A stretch of DNA of 63,990 nt, counting the filler, from Phoronis australis (Eukaryota; Animalia; Phoronida): the NCBI GenBank assembly GCA_002633005.1. It is 5 parts of 5 records of this genome, joined end to end, with 100 filler letters (N's around TTAATTAATTAA, not from the genome) between each part and the next. Parts side by side here need not be neighbours in the genome. Positions count along the whole stretch, not along the records: positions 1 to 7,879 come from NMRA01001963.1; positions 7,980 to 32,690 come from NMRA01001357.1; 3 more parts are not named here. One strand, 5' to 3'. The position numbers were made by a program, and so were the translations under genes. This document shows, in pieces, positions 1 to 12,606 of the stretch. The notes beneath the pieces are model-generated. The model was not told the origin of the DNA and ran no database searches. It was given only the letters and a program-made list of their open reading frames with translations. The first letter of the stretch is position 1. Each line of letters opens with the position of its first letter.

Positions 1-2521
1 TACACATCCCCCCACCCTCCCCGGCAACTTTTCGTTCCCCTGACCACCGCCGCCGCAAAAATGTTACTCCAATAGAAACAATCATGTTCCAGCTGAAGCG
101 GGCAATTAAAAACAAAATTATTCCTGGTGGCTAAAAAGGGTACAGTGTAGATGGTAACGATATGCAGAAAGTCACCCCTAATAGATGGAGTTTGCCTCGC
201 AAAATCGTATTATTATAACGTTTCATTGTTAGTAGTCTTTTAATATCTTATTACCGCAAACACTCAGGTTAACGACTATGCTAACGCACAAGCCTACTCC
301 CTACCTTTGAAGTGTTTCACAATAAGCGCTTACTGATCTACTAAGCGTCCCCCCTCAACTTTTGAGAATTTCCAATTAAGCGCCCACAGTTTAGGCTAGC
401 GCCCATCGTATCGCACTACAAACGACTGCGCGAGGTTTAAAATTGACTCGCAGCCTATATGGTGTGTCACTCTCATTTTACACAACAAATTCCGTTATCA
501 AAAAACGTCTTTTCTCAATATGTAAAAACCAAATCCCGGCTTTATTTTATACCTGCGAAAGAAAGTTAACACTAGTGACATGCGTTTCGTTTTGTGACTG
601 ACCTATTTTTCCCGTACCTGGAAGGTATTGAGCAAACATGCCATTACCAGATGGAAACTCGCACGGAGGGAGTCGGGAATTATTTGGAGGCTATTCACTT
701 CATGGAAAACTAATTGTTGAGTACGTAAACAGCATAAGTACCACATTTTTGTTGTGAAATTTGCACTGAATTGTTTATTCGGTTAAAGCATCGTTTCACG
801 GATTTTTTTTCGACAGGCGTTTTTCAAACATGAGTTAAGTTGCAAAATGTGGGCTGCGAACAAAAAGCGGAAGGAATTTGCCCTCGGAGTTAGTTTGAAT
901 CTTTAAGGACTTTGATGCCAGCCAGTAGCAGGTCAGACCTAGCAAAATCCCGGATACTTTTTCAACGGGCATTTTCTCCCTTTTCAAATCTCGAACTTAG
1001 CTACTCGAATGCACATGTCAGTTAGAGAGCACTGATTCAACTTTCACGTAGGGAACTTGACTTGCACTCTAGAGACTTTCAATGGCGGTCGTGAAGAACA
1101 GTAACGCCGTACCTGCATAAACGAAGTCAGTTTTAGGATCTGAAATTTGTGAGTATTTAACGCGACAGGAAAGAGCATAATCTAAACATTTTCTCGATGA
1201 TCTAAAATCAATTTTGGCGTGTAAAATGGCGGGAAAATTTTGCGTCCTGGCATTTATNNNNNNNNNNNNNNNNNNNNNNNNNNNNNNNNNNNNNNNNNNN
1301 NNNNNNNNNNNNNNNNNNNNNNNNNNNNNNNNNNNNNNNNNNNNNNNNNNNNNNNNNNNNNNNNNNNNNNNNNNNNNNNNNNNNNNNNNNNNNNNNNNNN
1401 NNNNNNNNNNNNNNNNNNNNNNNNNNNNNNNNNNNNNNNNNNNNNNNNNNNNNNNNNNNNNNNNNNNNNNNNNNNNNNNNNNNNNNNNNNNNNNNNNNNN
1501 NNNNNNNNNNNNNNNNNNNNNNNNNNNNNNNNNNNNNNNNNNNNNNNNNNNNNNNNNNNNNNNNNNNNNNNNNNNNNNNNNNNNNNNNNNNNNNNNNNNN
1601 NNNNNNNNNNNNNNNNNNNNNNNNNNNNNNNNNNNNNNNNNNNNNNNNNNNNNNNNNNNNNNNNNNNNNNNNNNNNNNNNNNNTGTAAAATGGCGGGAAA
1701 ATTTTGCGACCTGGCATTTATGAATGCGAGCTGGATTTTGGAAATGCGACCTGGGATTCTGGCTAGGTCGCAAAATGCGACCTGGCGATTTTAATAGCGT
1801 CGAGCCCTGTTGGGCCCACTGCCACTAGTCCCATGGTTCCAACTTAAACAAATAGGCAATGGCACTGGTTCCATATAACAGTCCCAGATTTAGAGAATCA
1901 AACAAATAATAAGACCCGTTATTCAGAAGCAGAAGCTGATTCCCTAAATCAGGGTCCACCATATCCGACCAGACTCAGTGCCCGTAAATCTCTTCTTTGA
2001 CTTTGTCTTTGGCGATTTCTTCCTGCCAGGTTCCTTCAATTTCATACAATGTAGAAATAGATAGTGAACAACCATCACATAATATGCAGACTCTGGTCCA
2101 ACGGAAACGCTCGGAGGGTTATGGGAAAGTCATTTGTTTGCCACCCACGCCGACAGAACGCAGCACAGGCGGGAACTGTCTAATCGACACTATTCCGTAT
2201 TCGGCATTTGTTGCGATACGAAATACTGGCGCCTACTTTCAAACGCTGTGTTTACCTAAAGTTCAAAATAGTTACATTTTTGCAAGACATTTCAGCCTTT
2301 CGGAAATACCCTTAGTGAATTGAGCTTAAAAAAGTTGACGATTTACCTGAAGTTTGCCAAGAAATGCTCGACGGGCCAGATTCGAAGTCATTTTCAACTC
2401 CTTTCGCTTCCAATATGGCCGACGCGCAAGTCAAAACCAATTGAGTGCGCAACTTCCCTATCCGCTTGTGCAAAACGTCCTTCGCACATTAAAGAGCGAC
2501 GATTTAGATTTGCCGCTGGAA

Positions 2522-3014
2522 ATGAATCAAGTTCAATATGAGATGTTCGATTTAAAATTGAAATTGGTCTTAGATTTGCTCCGGAAAAATCAGAATTATG
2601 TTGTAAACGATACTCATTTAGAAACTCTTCTTTCAGTCATTGAATCTCGATTCTTTGGTGACAATTCCGTAAAACCAAACACCCACCCGTGCCCATGGCC
2701 ACGCGTGTTGCCTTTGGAGTCGGACTGTGAAACCTCATCCTTATCCGTTATAGACAACTTCGTTATCGAAATTTACGAACATTCTCAAGAGGAATATCAC
2801 GAAACGTTACCGTTTGCGCTGAGATTGGCAGGCATTTTATTGCTACACAGTACATCACTTTCGTCTGACAAGTGTAGTGAAAAGTGCATTGCTATTTTTG
2901 AAATATGCCGACGAGATCAAGTCTGGCAGTGTGCATCCGTTAGGAATTCATGGCTTGCTGGCATTCATCAATTGAGCCACTCCAAGGACTTCCTACCATG
3001 GCTAAGTCTTTCAG
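2522..3014 (+). CDS. BRAT1: BRAT1 (BRCA1-associated ATM activator 1) coding exon 1
   Basis: VVNDTHLETLL, HPC, LPFALRLAGIL and WQCASVRNSWLAGIHQLSHS match recalled human BRAT1 N-terminal motifs ([40 protein letters not shown]). ATG at 2522 (2543 also possible); phase-1 donor CAG|GTTGTC after 3014. Confidence 0.85.
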
Positions 3015-3596
3015 GTTGTCAAATTAATTGAATAAATCTTTGCGGTTTCTTGCTCTGTCAACATATTATTTCAAAATCTTACATATTCTCTAAAATGGAA
3101 ATAGTAAAATGATTTGCCTTTTCCAAGGCTTTGATTTTTACAAAGAAAGGTATGTAATGACATAAATCCGAATACTGCATAAAGAATTCTGTGTAAATTG
3201 GCCTTCTTTAAACAAAGTACCTGTTGATGTGGACCACTTGTCAGAAAACTGTAAGAGCTGCATGCAGTTAGTGCTTGAGTGAGGTCCTGCTTAGAGCATC
3301 TTAATTGTCTGCTTTCTTCTCATCCAACCCCAAATCAACTAGCAAATCTGTTTTCCTACTGTATCAAAGCTACATTCCAGTGACATAACTCACGGGTTAC
3401 ATATACTTTGTTTTCCAACTGTAATTTTTTATGTGCTAATTACTCATAAAACCGCTATAGGTTAATTGCCTTAATAGATGCTTGCTTCTAGTGACTGATC
3501 AGCTTTTTTTCTGATCAGATGTCCTATCTACAAAGGAACGTGGTAATACACTTGTTGCAATGTATTTGATTTGAGCTGTATATTTATTCTTTGCAG

Positions 3597-3963
3597 GTTA
3601 TTTAGGTGTGATTCATGATTGTTTGGAAGACAAAAGCATCTTTGTGGCGAAGGCAGCAGAAAAAATTTTGGTGGATTTTTGTTTGAAATTAAGTGAAAGC
3701 TGTGAAGTCAACCCTCAACATCTGACTGTATTGGATGGACAGCTGAAAGTCTTGGTGGCTCGAGTTCTGCGTGATACTTCAGAGAATTCCCTCTTATCAT
3801 CAATCAGAGTCCTTCAGGACATCTGCTATGATTCAGCCATTTGTGTGAGACTGTTGACTGAAAACCACGGTTTCAAAGATATTCTTACCAACCTTATCCG
3901 TATTGGTGACCTGAAAGTGTTCAATTGTGTCCTGAATTTGTTCAAGTCCATGTTGTTGAATAG
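3597..3963 (+). CDS. BRAT1: BRAT1 exon 2
   Basis: Acceptor TTCTTTGCAG| and donor AG|GTAAAG; in frame with exon 1. LEDKSIFVAKAAEKILV resembles human LQGDSSLFVASAASQLLV. Confidence 0.85.
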
Positions 3964-4102
3964 GTAAAGAGCTTTGCTTTTAAGCTTCAAAGGTATTCTT
4001 ACCAACCTTATCTGTATTGGCGACCTGAAAGTGTTCATTTGCGTCCTGAATTTGTTCGAGTCCTTGCCGAATAGGCAAAGAGCTTTGCTTTTAAGCTTCA
4101 AA
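3872..4102 (+). repeat. ~115-bp tandem duplication of the BRAT1 exon 2 end and its donor site
   Basis: 3872-3991 is repeated at ~3986-4102 with substitutions and a 3-bp deletion; donor AG|GTAAAG becomes AG|GCAAAG in the copy. Confidence 0.9.
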
Positions 4103-4446
4103 TTGACGTAAAACAATGAGTATGTAAATCCTGCTGAAATCTCCCCCAGATGAACACACATGTTTAATTAATCCATTGCCAGATTTCAGTTCCTGGAAAG
4201 TAGTGTAATGTTCAGTGAGCCCAACTTCTAGTTTTTACTTTCTACTCTAATATGTTCAGAATATTTTTAGTTTCTTTGTATTGACACAAATTTCTATTTG
4301 TTACTGAAACGCCTTCTTTATTATCCTGTTAGGTGCGGTCCTGAAGATTAAAATTTGTCCTGAATTTTTAAAATAAAAATCTGCAATTATATAGCAATCG
4401 ATATTAATTACACAGCATGTTGTAATATTTGACTTATTTATTTTAG

Positions 4447-4542
4447 GATTGATATAGACCTTGAAAGCATCGTCATTGACTTTCTTCAGGACGGAAGATT
4501 TCAAAAGGCTATAAAACTAGGTGCAATGATATATTTGTGCAG
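4447..4542 (+). CDS. BRAT1: BRAT1 exon 3 (predicted, 96 nt)
   Basis: TTTTAG| ... CAG|GTATTT; open phase-2/phase-2 frame IDIDLESIVIDFLQDGRFQKAIKLGAMIYLC that fills the expected length between exons 2 and 4. Confidence 0.65.
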
Positions 4543-4897
4543 GTATTTATTCTTGCTACACTACACATCAAAAATAAAATTACCCAGAATGCCTCATCAC
4601 GAAGACTGAACACAAGCAAAATACCCCCATCATGACGACTGAGTGCAAGTGGTGTTTTTTGTCCGAGTAGCTGTTATAAGTCGTGGTGGTCATTAGCTGT
4701 CACAACAGGGCAACAGAATTTTGTTCATTTGATTTTATCTCTGCTGTTGGTATTTTGTCATTGTTTTGAGGTGATTGATGTTATTATGGTTGTCAGTTTC
4801 TCCCAGCTGATCAGTTTCAGCTTGCAGAAAGCAGTTTTTGGAAATCTTGTTTTACTGCAGTGTTCATCTACGCGGTGTACATTTTATAAGTTTTCTA

Positions 4898-6019
4898 CCC
4901 TTATGAAAAAGCTTCAGGAAATTCTAATCCCGAAAGCCAGTGAGAATCTCACTGGATTCCAGTTAGATTCCAGTGAGAATCTAACTAATTAAGATGCCAT
5001 TTAAATTAGTGAGAAAAAAATTCTCACTCTAGTGAGAATACAGTGATATTCCAGTTAGAATTCAGTGAGAATCTAACTAATTTGCATAGCATTCCCACTC
5101 AGTGAGAATTTGTCTTACTGAAATTCTCACTCAATAGGAATGCTATGCAAATTAGTGAGAATTTGTGTTAATGAAATTCTCACTGAAAATCTCACTGGGT
5201 GAGAATTTTGAACTTAGAAAATTTTGTGTGCCTTTTCAGCCACTGACTGAATAGAATCGAGATCAAACCTTTTTGGTAACCAAAACACTGCTTATTTTTG
5301 TGAGTTTATCTTGAACTTTGACTAAGGATACAATTTAATAATTGCTAATTGTGAAATATAGCAGACATAAAATAATAACTATAATGCCTTTGGTGAATCA
5401 GCAAAATACTGAAAACTCAGCTGTCAACATGCACAGAATGAAGACATCAGCCTAATACTGGTGCTTCATGCACTCTACTACATGTATGAAATGTACTAAC
5501 CTTAAGCTTATTAACACGCAAAATCAGTCCAGGATCACCTGTGGTTGACTTGCAGACAAACTGTTCAGTAATTTCAGAATATTTGTGAGAAAAACATCAA
5601 CAATCTTCAAGCTATTTCTCCAACTGCTCATTCCTGACGCCATTTTAGTTTGAATTCAGAAATCTGGTTCAACTGAAATTTCTACAGTTACAGCCAATCA
5701 GGGTGTTTGTTTATCTCAGATTCTCACTGAATTCTCACTCCAATTTTGGCAAGTCCAAATTCTCACTCAATTCTCACTCAGATTTTTCCTAAGTCTGAAA
5801 TTCTCACTGATTCTCACTCAGAATTTTTCTAAGACCAAAATTCTCACTGGATTCTCACTGTTACATAACATTTTCTCACTCATTCTCACTGACTGCCCCT
5901 GTTGTTCAATTCCCACTGGGTTCTCACTGGCATTTCTAACTATAATTGGTGATTTAGTGAGAATCTAACTGGAATCTAACTGGAATCCAGTGAGATTCTC
6001 ACTTTCTTTTTCGTATGGG
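4898..6019. mobile_element. Non-autonomous foldback DNA transposon, EnSpm/CMC-like, in BRAT1 intron 3
   Basis: TA|CCCTTATGAAAAAG ... CTTTTTCGTATGGG|TA termini; many subterminal GTGAGAAT/ATTCTCAC repeats in inverted arrays. Confidence 0.75.
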
Positions 6020-6338
6020 TACTTTTGTTTATCTCCATGAGTTGTTGACAAACCGCTTGTTTGTTTTGATCACCTATGTTTCTAAAATTCAAGTGTAAAG
6101 TCTCTCACGAGTGCTAAGAATATGGTTGGGCATAACGAACGTTAACCTCTCCAGAAACTAGGTAAAAATGTGTGACCAGTCTTCAGATAACTCTGATTTT
6201 GCCTGAGTCAAAGAAAATTTCTCTTTTCCATTGGAGCTGCCTAATTTCATTTTAGTGAGAGCAGTATTCAAGTAACATACTCTGATCTATGCCCATGTGG
6301 TCAACTTTGAGCACACTGATGCTATGCACAGTGCTAAA

Positions 6339-6447
6339 ATGTGACTGTATCTTGTTCAATGCTTGCAGTATCATATGTGACTGTATCTTGTTCAATGCTT
6401 GCAGTATCATATGTGACTGTATCTTGTTCAATGCTTGCAGTATCATC
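6339..6447. repeat. 36-bp tandem repeat x3
   Basis: ATGTGACTGTATCTTGTTCAATGCTTGCAGTATCAT repeated. Confidence 0.95.
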
Positions 6448-7207
6448 ATAAGTCTACACAACTAGCCAATAACAAGGCTGCTTTTTCTATTAAGGATTGT
6501 GAACTAAACAGTTTGGAACATACAATGCACAGCGATAGTGATGGGACAGAATACTGTTTCCCAGTCATTCGGGCTAATTCCGTTTTCAGTGAAAACCATG
6601 AGAATGAACTGTCATTTTTGATAAACCTTACTTATTGAGTAGCAATTCCATTTTACTAACTTCTCAGCAAATTCCCATGTTTGCCAGTCATGCTTCTAAG
6701 ATGATGTATTCTGCTTGTGCTTAATTATCGTGACTTGGAATTCCAGTCCACTGGCCTATTAAAAAATATTAAAAACATCTTTTCCATCTAATTCTCTGAT
6801 ACAAAATAGTGCTCTGTAATCTGTGACAACCCTCAAAAGATTGGAGGAATATTTGAAATCTTTCAAAGTCTGCTAAATGGGCAAGGATGACCTACGGTTT
6901 TTGCAAACTTCGTGGCAACTGTGGCGAAAGACCACCCACCAAGAACCATAATATCCAATCTGTGACGTAGGATGTGTGAGTTTTTAATTGATTCCTGTTT
7001 TCATTGTTCAAAATTGGTGTCTCTGGTGCATTAACAAGTGACAGAACGAGGACTGGTTGAAACCATCAAAACAGGGTTTAGTATCCTTTAAATGTTTTCT
7101 GTTGCCTACTTAATTGCATTGCTATGTTTCCCGTCAGGACTTCAAGGACTTTCAAGTCTTAATCTTAAAAGGTTTTCCCCTTGACTGTATTGGAATGTAT
7201 TTTTTAG

Positions 7208-7400
7208 GCCTGAGACAGAGACCACTGCGAGACTGAAAGCCGTAATTCTTTCTCCAATCACATGTCTGCTAAGGAAACCAAGACCAAATGGAATCGATGC
7301 CTCGGTGTGGCAAGCATTAGCGAGCCATTTGGGTCATGAAAAGAATGCGTGCATGCTAGTGAAATTGAGTTTAAACACCATTCAGGATGCAGTCCTAAAG
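7208..7400 (+). CDS. BRAT1: BRAT1 exon 4
   Basis: TTTTTAG| ... AAG|GTTTGT; open frame PETETTARLKAVILSPITCLL...KNACMLVKLSL resembles human VLLQPLACVL...KSSCAGLL. Confidence 0.75.
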
Positions 7401-7864
7401 GTTTGTGTTTATCAACTCGTGGAGTGTTTGTTTCATAAAAGAATGTGTATAAAATTTTGAGCTATTTACTTGTTTAAAGTGTTGATGCATATTAATTCAA
7501 ACATCTTGAATTGTCTTCTGAATATGTTTCGCTGAAAATTCTGCACTGTAACCTAAATTCTTATCAGTGATATTTTTCCAACTGGCTTTCTTCTGGTTTA
7601 GTTGAAAGTTGTGTGAGAATGCTCCCAAAGCCCTGGTCAACATTCTAATTCTCAAGAGTCTAAATTGTTCTTTATGTATGACTAATTTTTTGTGAATGTA
7701 ATATGAATTGCTCTCGTATTTAACTTGCACTTTTCCACTCACATAGTGTAAAACTGGTTAATGGCATGATGATTCTGTTGACTACTGGCTTTCATAGCAA
7801 AGTCATCTATTCTCAGTAAATTGATTTTTAGTGTTACAGTGTACCGATTGTTTTTGCATTTCAG

Positions 7865-7879
7865 GGTTTATCGATCAAT
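7865..7879 (+). CDS. BRAT1: Start of probable BRAT1 exon 5, cut by gap
   Basis: TTTGCATTTCAG| acceptor, phase 0, reads GLSIN and then Ns. Confidence 0.4.
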
Positions 7880-7979
7880 NNNNNNNNNNNNNNNNNNNNN
7901 NNNNNNNNNNNNNNNNNNNNNNNTTAATTAATTAANNNNNNNNNNNNNNNNNNNNNNNNNNNNNNNNNNNNNNNNNNNN
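7880..7979. other. Artificial 100-bp contig spacer (N44-TTAATTAATTAA-N44)
   Basis: Identical structure also at 32691-32790, 43457-43556 and 51671-51770; the linker has stops in all six frames. Confidence 0.9.
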
Positions 7980-8562
7980 CGGCTTGCTCTAGCTCTCGTT
8001 GATGAGCACGTTCTGCTTGTTCCCGTGCAAGCTCTGCCTTTTCCAGCTCTCGTTTCTGGGCGCGCTTTTCACGGTCCGAGGCCTGCCGAAAGAGATCCTC
8101 TGCGCACTTCCTTAACTCTTCACCGGTATAACCGAATTGTTTCGCTTGCGTAATATACTTTTTTCAAAATCCATTTTAGAGGAAGGGGTTTATTCCCAGA
8201 ATGCACTTTATTAATTAATATTCAAACAGTAATTACAGGATTCAAAACAATTCAACACAACCACGTAAACCTTTATTTAAACTCTCCCGGACTGGCCCCC
8301 AAATGTCAGACGATTGACTGTGGGTTTGTTTAAAAGGTAGCTATGCTTTGAGATTGTGCGTAGATGGAGAGTGAATAATCAAATCCAGTACTTAATTTGT
8401 TATATGATAACCCCTAATTAGACAAATGAAACCTATTGTTAATTAAGTAGTCAACTACAAAGAGTAACTACGCTAGTGCCCTCTTTAAAGATTACTTTAA
8501 TCAGAACCCAAAGTTGTAAACACCATCTAAAAATAGATTTTGACGTTAAAATACATGTCAAC
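7980..8562 (-). mobile_element. Gypsy-type LTR retrotransposon 5' end: LTR remnant, tRNA-Pro-like PBS, frameshifted gag N-terminus
   Basis: Minus strand ...CTGACA|TT TGGGGGCCAGTCCGGGAG (PBS ~8284-8301, similar to the tRNA-Pro PBS TGGGGGCTCGTCCGGGAT). ATG at 8174 gives MDFEK/YITQAKQFGYTGEELRKCAE/RQASDREKRAQKRELEKAELAREQAERAHQRELE, a typical E/R-rich Gypsy gag start. LTR outer limit is a guess. Confidence 0.65.
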
Positions 8563-8789
8563 AAGTCTGACCCCATGATTTAAAAGTACATATGCACAAA
8601 TTTTGGGCAACTTAAAATGGATCTATTCTTACTAATTACTTAATCAATATTTATTCTGACAAAGTATAAAGCCTTTCTTCTGAAAGGAAAAGTTAATGTC
8701 ACTCAGTGAGAAAGGGCAGTATTTATACCTGATACTTTTGGTTTTCATTTCACTGGGATCGAGTTTCAATGGCCTACAGAAGCTCTTTT

Positions 8790-10800
8790 AAAAAGGTCCA
8801 GTTTCGGCACGTGGCTTTCTTTCATGTAACCTCATTCAGCCCCAATAATGTCCTTGAAGGTAAACCCATCTTCATATCCCTTGACTTGCTTTGTGTCCAA
8901 AATCTTAATCTGATCTAGACCAGAGTATTACTAGGTCTTCTTTAGTTTCAGTCCCTCACGTACATGTATCTTCCAGGAAAGGAAATAAGCCATTGTTGTC
9001 GACACGACTCGTTGCCTATGAAAGGGCATCCTCACCAATGAGGCTGGCTGGCGTAGCAGTCTGATATAGTTCCTATTCACACACAAACAATCCACTGGCA
9101 CATTTTCATATGGTAACTTAGTACTACGATTCATATTTCTCCTGGGCCACTGGCTTGTACATTGTGCCATGCAGCATTGCTGTTGTGTGGACGACATGCT
9201 GTGGGAAGAGAAGGGAATAACAAATCTTGTCTACAGTATGTTGCGGCTTGAAGTGGCCTTAAAAATGTCACTGAACCTGAAACGATTATTGAAATATGAA
9301 TAATTTAGTACGTCAGGTTGGATCAAAAACGTTGCCCTTGTTTTTTCAAAAATATGATATGGTAACTGCTTTACAATTTCACACAAAATTAAATAATTAC
9401 TATTTCCAGAAATCAAGGGTCGATATAATATAAGTATTGATTTGTACAGAACTGCGTCTTTATTTTTCATTCCTAGCCAGGACAACGCTTTAAACGCATC
9501 ACTTGTCTGCAAAATATGCAAGTTGAGACAACTTCAAACTTTTGTTACCCATTTTCAAGCCTTTTGATTTTTGATACTTTCAGCAATTATAAACACTGAT
9601 TGCAGATTCATGGGTCTGTCAAGCACATTCTGGTCTAAGGCTGAGGAAACGGTTTCTCAGGTTTTTTGTTTTTCTTCTAATAGAGGATATGAAAACTTGG
9701 GTCATTTAAAAATGATGGATAATCTTTGTGTTGTTTAAGAGTAATTACAAATCGTAAGGCACCATCAAAAATACAATTTTCACAAAATGGCAGTCATTTG
9801 AATTTATAAACGACTTGCAATGTTTCAAGGCATGAGTTAAGACTATTCAGTTGTTGAAATTTCAGAGAATGTAATATATTTTTAGGGGTTTACAATGGAT
9901 AGCAAAACAGTTTCATGAAATGTGAAAGAACTTCATGAAGGTAAAGAATTACCTCACCATGCTCTTTCCCCCGCACACTATTACCTGTTATTTTCACACA
10001 TTCAGTTGCACCAAATTTTACAACTCCAAACCCCTATTCCAACCTCTCGCTAAGGACCTGAATAAGTAAATTAACAAAACTTATATACCTGTCTTTAAAA
10101 ATAGCTGTCTCTTTTCAAAGGCTTTGTTCTTTATCTCCGATATAGAAAGTAGGCTTTGACAACAGATCTGCACTGGATAGGAAGATCTTGCTGGTTAGCT
10201 ACCTGCAGTCAACTGCTTAAAACCAATTTTTGTCCATTCAAGGACCGTTGCAGAAGCGATGCACATCACCTCTGAACAGTACTAGCCCTCAAACCTAAAA
10301 ACCAAAAGTCAGGTGAAAACAGACATGATATATTTCCAAGTCAACGTGTAATATATTTCCAGAGGATATTTGTCACGTACTCTTTGGGCTTGGAATGTAG
10401 TCTTACTTCACTAACAAATATCGAGTTGACAGCATAAACATTCAGCATTGATTGATGTAACTGGCTCTGATAAACCTGTTAGAAATCATTCCAAACATTA
10501 ACAATACTGCTTTCATATAAGAAAAGACCCCGAGTGCTACGTCAAGTATCGTAACACACATCTGACATCACAACAAACTATGATTAACCGACTGGCGACT
10601 GCCGCGAAGTCGACATCGGCCAGTTCCTCAATTAAAAGGTATCAGTATTGTAAACATGGAATGATCATTAAAATAATCAAAACCTTACCTTTGTATAAAG
10701 TCATGCTTTCTTCCCCTCGCAGAAGCACCGTTTTCACGCAATCTCAGATTCAGTTGGCCCGGCTGCAAGCCATTTCACATTGTATCAGGAAGAGATAACC
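8790..10800 (-). mobile_element. Decayed intron-containing SAP + YqaJ (lambda-exonuclease-like) gene of a DNA transposon (ISL2EU/Kolobok-type accessory ORF)
   Basis: Exon ~10689-10775 GLQPGQLNLRLRENGASARGRKHDFIQR (SAP motif, GTAAG donor); exon 10089-10294; exon from 9198 TTAMLHGTMYKPVAQEKYE..SGLFVC..TATPASLIGED..LKLKKT..PKL (YqaJ motifs) with stops and frameshifts. The intron recurs at 43070-43456. Confidence 0.65.
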
Positions 10801-12041
10801 AGGAAGGGACAACTAGCTAAACCGCTGTTTTTGACCTCCTTCCCCGGACTAATTCAGGACTTAAGTTTCGTTTAAAAGAAAACAGATGATTTCATCAGAG
10901 AGAACAAAGCTTTTTCTATAGAAGGATATCAAAAAATCACTTTGCAACCTTAAACAGTGGTGTAATTGTACTTTGAAAATATAGACTTCAGCGCACGCAA
11001 TCGTAACTTCCCACACGCAGTCACGGGTATGATTCTTGGCTTGCGCACAGAGCAGACCTACTTTTGCAGATTATTGTTTATTGAACAACTCTGATGTCAA
11101 GCCTAAAGAGAGATCCTCTTTGAAGAATTGGACAGTAATATTACACAGGCTAATCGGCTATATGAGTTGAAAGTCGTTCTTTTGGTGCGATAATGCCAAA
11201 CTAGAGTCAAAATGCTTCAAGTTACGACACGATTTTTTTATTTTACTCAGCTCAAAGTAAAACCCACCTCAAATTATTACTGTAAGCATCACATATCTTC
11301 TAGAGAACAACTTAGAGCTAGCTTCTACATCTAACTCGAATTTAGAAGGTGACATAAGAGCGAGATCTCCGTCGCAGTTCATAGTCTTAAGTCTCAACGA
11401 GCATAACATGAAATTTCTGAGCCTGTGTAAACTTTTCATCCAAGTTTATTTGTCGAATAAAAAGTTTGGGTCAATCTTTTGAGCAACTCGCTGAATGATT
11501 TTGGTGAGGTAATACCCGTTTCCGAAACTCGTTACATAAACAGGTTGCGCTGCATGATTATCTTGAATATTGCTTATAAATTGAAGGAGTTTACTTGGGC
11601 TGCCGCAAGTACGTCTGGTGACACGTAACGCTTGAAAATTCGTCAGAAACGTACCTGCCAAGTGGCGAGTATTCTGGTTGGTTGAAGAGAGCGCCGTCAA
11701 CATCCAGCACTGGCTCATAGTGGTCACTGCGATGGTCATTAGCAATGTCATCTTTCCCAAGTTCCTTTGTTGGCGGAAACTTGGAAACTTGCACTAGCTG
11801 GCGGCTTGGCAATGTTCGCAGAATACGTACACGTTGGTCTTTATCATTGTAGTAAATGCACGTATTTCAACGCGCGTGCCCCATTTACCACACTACCACA
11901 TTTCGGCTTCACTTAGATAGTCCACCAAGTTGCCTCACAGATATCCTTGTCACAGATTTTTTGTTGGTCTACATAAAATCAATTACAACTTGTCTAATTT
12001 CCGACCACAGCACCCCGATTGTTCGATCGCCACTCCCAGGT

Positions 12042-12606
12042 CAGTGGCGTAAGGAAGACTTTCGGCGCCTGGGGGCAAAATAAAATCAGTGCACCCACCC
12101 CCTGGTCATCACCTCCTTGGCTTACCCCAAGTCGACAAAGGCTCCTTGGCTTCCTCACACATAGGCTTCTTTCCCCATGTTTACATCCTTGGGCACCTCC
12201 CGTGGTTGACACCACGTTGGCGCCCCCTCTTCTGGTCAACACAGGTTCCTTGCTCCCCCTTCTAGTTGACGCCTCTTGGCGCACCTGCCAGTCGACGAAG
12301 GCTCCTTGACTCCGCCTGGTGAGACCCAGCTCCTTAGCGCAGCCACCCTGTCGACACCTCCTTGGCACCCCTTCCCCTGGGCTCTTTGCCCCCATTTTTA
12401 CGCTCTTGGCGCACGTTACCTGGTCCGCACAGGTTCTTTCCCCCCTTGATCGACACCCCTTTGGCGCACCTGCCAGTCGACAATGTCTCCTTGGCTTCCC
12501 CTGTTGACACTTCCTTGGCGCACCTGCCTGTTCGACGAAGTCTCCTTGCCCCCCTGATGACACCTCTTTGGCGCCCCCCTGTCCGGTGGTTGTGTAATCC
12601 GCCACC
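12042..12606. repeat. GC-rich ~40-bp minisatellite inside a CAGTGGCGTA-terminated non-autonomous DNA transposon
   Basis: Recurrent GTCGACACCTCCTTGGCGCACC units after a CAGTGGCGTAAGG terminus; runs into a gap. Confidence 0.75.

Noticed and set aside
1220-1721. 38-bp direct repeat on both sides of the gap
   Set aside because: Most likely contig overlap or a collapsed tandem array, not a biological module.
1069-1794. Long ORFs spanning the N-run (also 11994-12989 and 14470-15467)
   Set aside because: Length comes from Ns or simple repeats; no coding signal.
2354-2521. N-terminal extension of the BRAT1 ORF
   Set aside because: Non-ATG start; BRAT1 similarity begins only after the ATGs at 2522/2543.
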